Source: Octopus sinensis
Lineage: Eukaryota
DNA: 64,000 nucleotides
Assembly: GCF_006345805.1 (NCBI RefSeq)
Contig: NC_043008.1
Span: forward strand, 24,986,001 to 25,050,000
Direction: 5' to 3'
The translations under genes and the position numbers were made by a program. Below the pieces are notes generated by a model, which saw only the letters and a program-made list of their open reading frames with translations, made no database searches and was not told the DNA's origin. Shown here in pieces: positions 57,082-64,000 of the stretch (the first letter of the stretch is position 1; each line of letters begins with the position of its first letter).

Positions 57082-60000
57082 ACGAAAGCATAAGAATTAA
57101 ACGAGAAAGAACATGTAGAATGAGAAAGAGTATGATGTAATATAGTAAAGAGCAGCAGCAATCAAGGCAAAACTGGAAAGATATGACAGCAGAACAAAAT
57201 AATTCAGGCAGAACAGATTGTTTGAAGCCAATCAGAAAAAGCTATTTGAGCAACTAGATGGGAAATTTCACCTAATATTTATAGATGATGCCGAAGAAAG
57301 CAGGTCATTCTGGGAGGAATCTGAGATCAACCAGTAAAGTCACTGCATGAAATCCAAAGTAGTTTAAGAAATATTGTCAAAACCACATAAAATAACTACA
57401 GAAAAGATTAAAAAAACAGATAAGTAAAATCTCAAATTGGAAGAGTCCAGGGCCGGATAATGTCTAAGGACGAAGAATCTTAGAAGTCTCCGTGAAAGGT
57501 TAACGCAACAGCTAGTTGATTGCTTGCAGGAAGGCACAGTACTCAGCTGGATGAAAAAGGGTAAGATAGTGTTATGTGCTAAGGATCTTAAAAAAGGTAA
57601 CACTGCATCCAACTTTAGGCCAATAACGTGTCTTACACTAATGTGGAAACTATTGCAGGGGTTTGGGCCGGTGAACTGTATGGATGCTCAGAAAAAAGTG
57701 GGCTACTACACATCGAACAGAAAGGAAGCCAAAAGAGAGACGGAGAACGAAAGATCAGCTGTTGATTGTTAAACTAATCATCAGAAACTACAAGAGAAAA
57801 CACTCAAATCTGAGTATGGTATGGATTGATTTCACTGGGCAACAACAGAATTCTTTTGTCTGGAGCCTGGTATATTTCAAAGAATTCTTAAGTGATTTGT
57901 CTACTAAATACAAAAATAACTTCAGTTTTTTCCTATCAGATCTAGTTTTCTGACTAGACCTGATAGGAAAATATTTTATTCATACAAGAGGTATATAATA
58001 CGAATCAATAAAGAGAGCGTAACACAAAACAAAGTACAAATAAGAGTTCATAATTGAAAATGCACATTGGCAAAGATTTTTGGTAGAAAATTCAAGGAAT
58101 AAATTTACGCTTCTTCATGCACTGTGAATATTGTGCAACAAGAATATCTCGTTTTTAACACCAGCAATAGTCAGCCATAATCACAGCGTCCCAAGGTTCC
58201 AGCGTTCCAACGTCTTTGGTGCCGACTTTCTATCTCCTTGATGTCCGGATGGTATCGTTCGTCTTGTTCATCGCTAACATCTCCAAGATTTTCAGGAAAA
58301 CGATCAAGATGACTAACAAGATAATGCATGTTGATGCTCATATTCGCATCGATATGACGAGAATTTGATATCAAGTTGGTAGCAAGGTCTTTATAGTTTT
58401 CACTTTTGGGTTTCCCAATGAAATTTTGCCCTATTTCTGCAAAGGCTAGCGAAGCTGAGTGTTCATTTTCACAGATTTTGTGTCCTTCAGGAGCTTACGG
58501 TCCATCAAAAGTCCCTGCTTTAAGTTTCTCAATCGTCAAGTTTGGAAATACACTGCAGATATACTTGAGGCACTCCCCATTCTTCTTAAGAGCATTGACA
58601 AATTGCTTGATCAATCCGAATTTGATGTGCAAAGGGAGGAAAATGATCCTATCTCGCTCAACTAAAGGTTCTTCCAATATATTGGCAGCTCTACATGGAG
58701 CCATATTTCTTTGAGGAGGCCAGTCTTTCTTAACATAGCGGTTTACTCAGTCCCTACTGTCCCACATGCATAGAAAACGTGGGTGTTTGGTATAACCAGA
58801 TTGCTGTCCCATGAGAAAATTCACCATCTTTAAGTCAATGCAGATGACCTACTTATGATCATGATACAGGTATCTTCTCTAAAACCAACTTAATTTCTTC
58901 AAATTTTCCTTCAGAGTTGTTGAGTGGCCGAGTGGGACAGAGCCACACCCATTTCCGTTGTGCAACAATACACATTTTAAACTACTTAGAGCTGTCTATG
59001 AAAATACGCCAATACTCTGGTTTGTATTTCGCAATGCCAAGTTTATTAAGAAGCCCACTGAGAGCTCTGTAGGAAACCAGATGTTCCTTTTTTGTGAAGA
59101 AAGAAAGGAGCTGTTCATGCCGACTCCGATAACAGCTTATACGGACACCATTCTCTAGAGGATTCTTCTCTTTCAGTCGGGCAGTCAGCAGTTCTGCAGA
59201 AAGGTTTTGGGAGGTTCAAGTCACGAACTAGATTAGATCATTCAGTTGTACCTGGGAGAATTGCTGAGGTAAAGTCTCAACTGAAAAGTCTTGATCTCTA
59301 GTGTCACCTTCGGCTGATGAATCTTCTTTAGTTGAGGATAACGTTTTCTGAGACAAAACATTGAAGACAAGAACAGGAAGCTCTTCACTTTGTGGAACCG
59401 GTCTAATAGCAGAGGCAAGATTAGGATAGACAAGCGTTTGTCGATTTTTCCGGATAATACTCTTCAAATTTAGGTTAAAAAAATAACAGTCGTCCACGTG
59501 ATCCTATAGGGATCCTGTCATACCATTGGTATAGCAAACCTCATACTTTTCCTTGTCCCTTTAGTCCATTGTCGTAATTATTCTGTACATTGTTTGCAGA
59601 CACTATGACACTATGCAGTGCCAAATATTTATCTTGGTCTCCAAACTTGACCCCAAAATATGCCATATACGCTCTTTCAACGAAATAAGTGATGTTTTTT
59701 TCGATTTTCGTGTAATATGTATTCTCCACAAACATAACAAAACACATTTGGAGAATTTAACGCAACACTTTCTTGAAGAGGACATCTTGCTCAATTTCTA
59801 TTGCTTAGTTCACCACAACAGCTAAAATGTATTGAAACAAGAAAAAAACTTAGAATAAGGTAACGAACACTGCGTTACTGGACGTATACACATGCATAGT
59901 GACTATAGGGATGTTCAATAACTTAATAACTAGGTCTGATAAGTAAAACAAATGTTATATTTGGATTGAGGAGAATGATTTTGCATAGGAAATATGTCTA

Positions 60001-60570
60001 TTTCTTAAACACCAAAAACCTTGTAGACCAGTGTTATCGTAAGGCACACTCTTGGATAACAAGAACTAAGGAAGTGTATGGAAAAGCAGAAAACATGAAA
60101 TGCCTTAAATGAAACAGTATGAAATACTGGAAAATTGAACTGAAAGCAGGGATTAAGGTATAAGAAGCAAAAATTAGAAGAATCTTCCAGCGGGATATTA
60201 TATATCCACTGATCTCTGTGCTGGGAATGATCCTCTTGAGTGAAATAATGCAGTAGACAAAGTTGGTGCAAGTTCTGGGGGAGTGATCAGAGAAAACTTA
60301 AGCACCTGCTATTCCTGAATGACTTGAATGAGGAAGAACTGGAGAGTCTAGTACAGTCTGCCATGATTTTCTCGAATAATATCAAGTTGGACTTGAACTT
60401 CTAAAATGAGACATGATGGCGGTGAGGTAAGGAGTGCTTGTTAGAACAGAAAATATAAATATGTCAAGTGGTGAAGTGAGGAAGACAATTGAACCTGAAT
60501 CCGAATATAAATACCTGAGAATATTTAAAACAGATGGAATAAAGCATAATGCTATTTCGAAAGTGAGTGT
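56899..60570 (+). mobile_element. Degenerate R4/Dong-like element split by a Chapaev3-like transposon
   Basis: IIETNKIIRAAAMVAAE, NWKSPGPDNV, NFRPITCLTLMWKLL, then WID|Y-RKA..HSWI rejoined across 57833-60033, then RRIFQRD and YKYLRI. Confidence 0.8.
57833..60033 (-). mobile_element. Defective CMC/Chapaev3-like DNA transposon
   Basis: CACTGG..CAA termini, TTT/TTA 3-bp flanks. Minus-strand remnants from ATG 59785: YFGVKFGDQDK, DDCYF, YPNLASAIRPV, LPLHIKFGLIKQFVNAL, KAGTFDGP, HLDRFPENLGDVSDEQDER. The family name is from recall of these motifs. Confidence 0.75.
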
Positions 60571-60579
60571 ATGGGGCAT

Positions 60580-62735
60580 AAATAGAGAAAACAGTTACAA
60601 AACGTGATGGAACAAATAAAATGAGATCGGATGTGATAGGTTTTAACAGGAGACAACACCGAGACTTGTTTGATTCCAATGATACAGCGATAAATGAGCT
60701 TTTAGCAACAAAGAGGTCCACTCATGAAAAGTTTCTTGCGCCAAAAGTTAAGAACAAAGTGCAACAAGAAAAGTTGTACAAGTCTCAGAAAGCAGACTTG
60801 CAAAAAGAACTCAGGGGGCTTAAAGACACTTAGTGGAGAAATTTGTCTGAGGATATACAGGCAGCCTATGACAGGAAAGACGTTAAAAGTTTCTATAGTT
60901 TATTGTGGTAAGCTTTTAACTGCAATCTTCATCATTATGCTCCCTTGAATTAGAAAGATGGAAATGAGGTTATTAAAGAGCCTCCTGGAATAATGAAAAG
61001 ATGGAGAGAACACTTTGCAGATCTTTTTCCACAATCCGTCTGTAGTGAACATGGCTATCATAAACAGCATTCCGCAAAGAGAGATAGTGCAACACGTGGA
61101 AGGTACACTTACCATTGACGAAGTAAATCTGGCATTATGTTAACTGAGATTAATGAAATTCTGAAAGTAGGTGGGGATCATATTTCATCAGAAATTCATA
61201 AACTGATAACTCGAGTTTGGAATGAATCTTCTGTGCCACAAGAATGGATAAATGGCATTTTAATCTATGTATACAAGGAAAGCTCGAAAGCAGTGTGTTG
61301 TAATTCTAAAGGGATAACTCTTCTGCCATATACCGGGAAGATGCTTTCAAGGTTCATGATAGATTGTTTTATTGAGAATGTATGTCAACATGTGAATCCT
61401 GAAGAACAGTCTGGTTTCAGACCTGAGCGAGGAACAATGGACATATTTTGTGTAAGGCAGGTTCAAGAGAAATGCTTAGAGGAACAAATGCCACTATACC
61501 AAGTCTTCAAAGATTTAACTAAGGTATTTGGCACGGTAAACAGGGAGTCTTTAATTAATTTTCGGTGGACAACGGTGTCAAACAGGGAGATATTCCTGCC
61601 CCTACACTTTTCTCTATATATTTTGCTGCATTACTTTGGTATGCTTTCAAGGATTGCAGCTGGGCAATCGGAATCAGATTTCGGACGTCTGGGCGTATCT
61701 TTAATTTGACACGGCTTAACTACAGAGCAAAGACTTTCATAATACTTGTTAGAGGATTACTTTATGCTGATGATGCTGATATGTTGGTACACTCAGAGGG
61801 GAATAAGTAATATTTAATGGACAGATTTTCCACTGCATGTGTACATTTCGGACACAGAATTAGTTTGGGGAAAGCCAAAGTAATGTTTACTCCCGTGCCA
61901 GGTCAAGCATATTCTCAACCAAACATTTTTGTGAATGAAGCAAGGTTAGAAGTCGCTGACACCTTTGTTTACTTAAGAAACACTGTGAAGAGATGGTAGT
62001 CTTGATGCAGAGATAAACTATCGAATAGGGAAAGGACGTGTTGCATTTGGAAAGCTCGAAAAACGAGTATGGGCGGTAAGAGGTATTTCCCTGCAGACAA
62101 AAATCAGTGTCTATGAAGCGTATGTATTGTTTGCACTTCTTTATTCAAGTGAGAGATGGACCACTTACAGGCGTCACATAAAAATGCTGGAGAGATTTCA
62201 TCAAAAGTGCCTCAGACGTATTTTAGGAGTCAAGTCGGAATGTTTCATACCAGATACAGAGGTTTTTCGCATGGCACAATATGTTATCTTGGCTCAAATG
62301 AGATGGACTGGACATGTTATTAGAATGAAAGACAAACGTTTGCCAACGCGTCTTTTATATGGTGAACTCAACTCTGGTAAGCGACCACAACATAAGCCGA
62401 GGAAAAGGTATAAAGACTGTGTGAAGGAAAACCTGAAGAAACTAGATATGAACAAAAGTGATTGGGAAAATGATGCTCTAGATCGGAACAAGTGGATAGG
62501 TGCTGTTAGGACTGGTTGTAATGCCCGAGAGGAAAAGATGATTCAGCAATCTGAACTTAAATGGGCCTGTCTCAAAGGAACAATTGGAACTGTAATCAAC
62601 AGTGAACATTGGATATGTATTATGTGACTGTGTCCTCTTGTCAAAAGCAGGATAATCGTAATGCCCAGAGTGATAATGATCTTGGACACCATCCACCTCT
62701 TACGACTTGTGACATATGTCAAAATCTTGACATAC
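60580..62735 (+). pseudogene. 5'-truncated degenerate RTE LINE
   Basis: RDLFDSND, PEEQSGFRPERGTMD, VKQGDIPAPTLFSIYF, GLLYADD, LLYSSERWTTYRRH, RWTGHVIRM, LLYGEL. Confidence 0.9.
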
Positions 62736-63569
62736 ACACACACACACAGACGTACACACACACACACACGTACACCCACGTTGCCTTAAAGGTACGAAAC
62801 TAGAATTGAAAAATGCGCAGGCTCAAAAGGGTTACAGAATGTCATAGTAAACCTTAAGAAGTATGTGACTAGCATTGCTGCTCAAAAATATTAGAATCAT
62901 TATATATTGTACATTCTGTGGCATCCTTTTATCACAAGAAATTTGTTTAGTTCATCGAAATTAATTAAGCTAAATTATCATATACTCAGTTGTAACGAAA
63001 TAATTGTGTGCAAATACTAATGTCCTCTTTTCGAAATAATTCAATATTATTTTTTGTAAATTTACAAGTAATAAATCAAAAGTAATTTAGTAATAATTTG
63101 TTTAATTCGCATAACTATTCCTTTAACAATAGTATCATAATGCGAATTATCTTTGCCTATAATTACTTCGGTTTCGTACTTCCACTGTTATATAGATTTG
63201 ATTCCATCATAAATCCAGTCTTATTTTTATTATCGTGCTAATTTGAATACAGTGTGAAATGTTTTCTGTATACTTTGGTATGAAGAGTACTATGATGAAG
63301 TTAAAGATCATATTTTGTACATTTTCAAATTTTTATATTAAGAAATCGGTTTAATAATTATCGTGATATCGTAATTCACACGTGGGTTTCTTTTCGTTTT
63401 AAGATGCCACAAAATGTACAACAAATAGTGATTCCAATAGTTTTGTGCAACAATGCTAGTCCCATATTTTTAAAGTTTTATTATGACATTCTGTAACCCT
63501 TTGAGAGTGCGAATTTTTCAATTCTAGTGAATATATCCGTGTGTGTGTCTTTGTGCTTATTTGTCACCT

Positions 63570-63740
63570 CCATTTGTAGACTGATGATGGTTTGTTAAAG
63601 TCCTGTAACTTAGCAGTTGGGCAAAAGACACCGACGGAATAACTACCAGGCTTCGAAAAATAAAATAAGTAGTAGGTTTGATTTGTTCCAATAAACCTGC
63701 AAGGCTGCCCCCTAGTCATTGAAATAAGTAAAAGATGAAA
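63570..63740 (+). mobile_element. Degraded SINE tail (family of 25957)
   Basis: gtcctgtaacttagcagttgggcaaaagacaccgacggaataactaccagg. Confidence 0.55.
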
Positions 63741-64000
63741 GATAGAATATGCGCGTGCGCGTGCGCGTGCAGTTATAAATGAATAAAACACAAAGAAAAA
63801 TATTAACCCATCAACACGGCGTGTTTCATGTCACCAGTGTAATCCTCCGCTTTGTTATTTGGCTGAAACATCTCAAACACATTCGTAATACATGCACTTG
63901 CCTTGTCTTCTCCATATAATCTGGACACATTCAGTTTAGATTCATTCTTATTCCTCCACACTTTCTTCTTTGTTGCTACCCATGGCCAACATCCACTTAC

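Overview
AT-rich eukaryotic DNA, dense in microsatellites and made almost entirely of transposable elements and their remains. The SINE families and the abundance of (TA)n/(AAT)n/(CA)n tracts fit an octopod cephalopod best; that assignment is an inference, not a search result. I could not support any host protein-coding gene, rRNA, true tRNA or CRISPR array. Content: (i) Tx1/L1-clade LINEs, including one with an intact 1131-aa ORF2 (47056-50451) and, directly upstream, an element carrying only an intact 486-aa ORF1; both sit between three copies of one target sequence inside a Helitron-like repeat. (ii) Many R4/Dong-like restriction-like-endonuclease LINE fragments, most of them inserted in (AAT)n. 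(iii) RTE, CR1/L2 and Hero-like LINE fragments, two mariners, one Chapaev3-like DNA transposon and tRNA-derived SINEs. (iv) Penelope-like terminal repeats carrying hammerhead ribozyme motifs. The strongest signal is three sequence-unrelated RNA motifs (946-1008 +, 3750-3824 -, 41978-42048 +). Each has all hammerhead core strands and covarying helices I and III, but in a rearranged, non-circularly permuted (pseudoknotted) order. Near-perfect fold-back palindromes also place hammerheads on both strands. All RNA folds were derived by eye, and most TE boundaries are approximate to within tens of bases.
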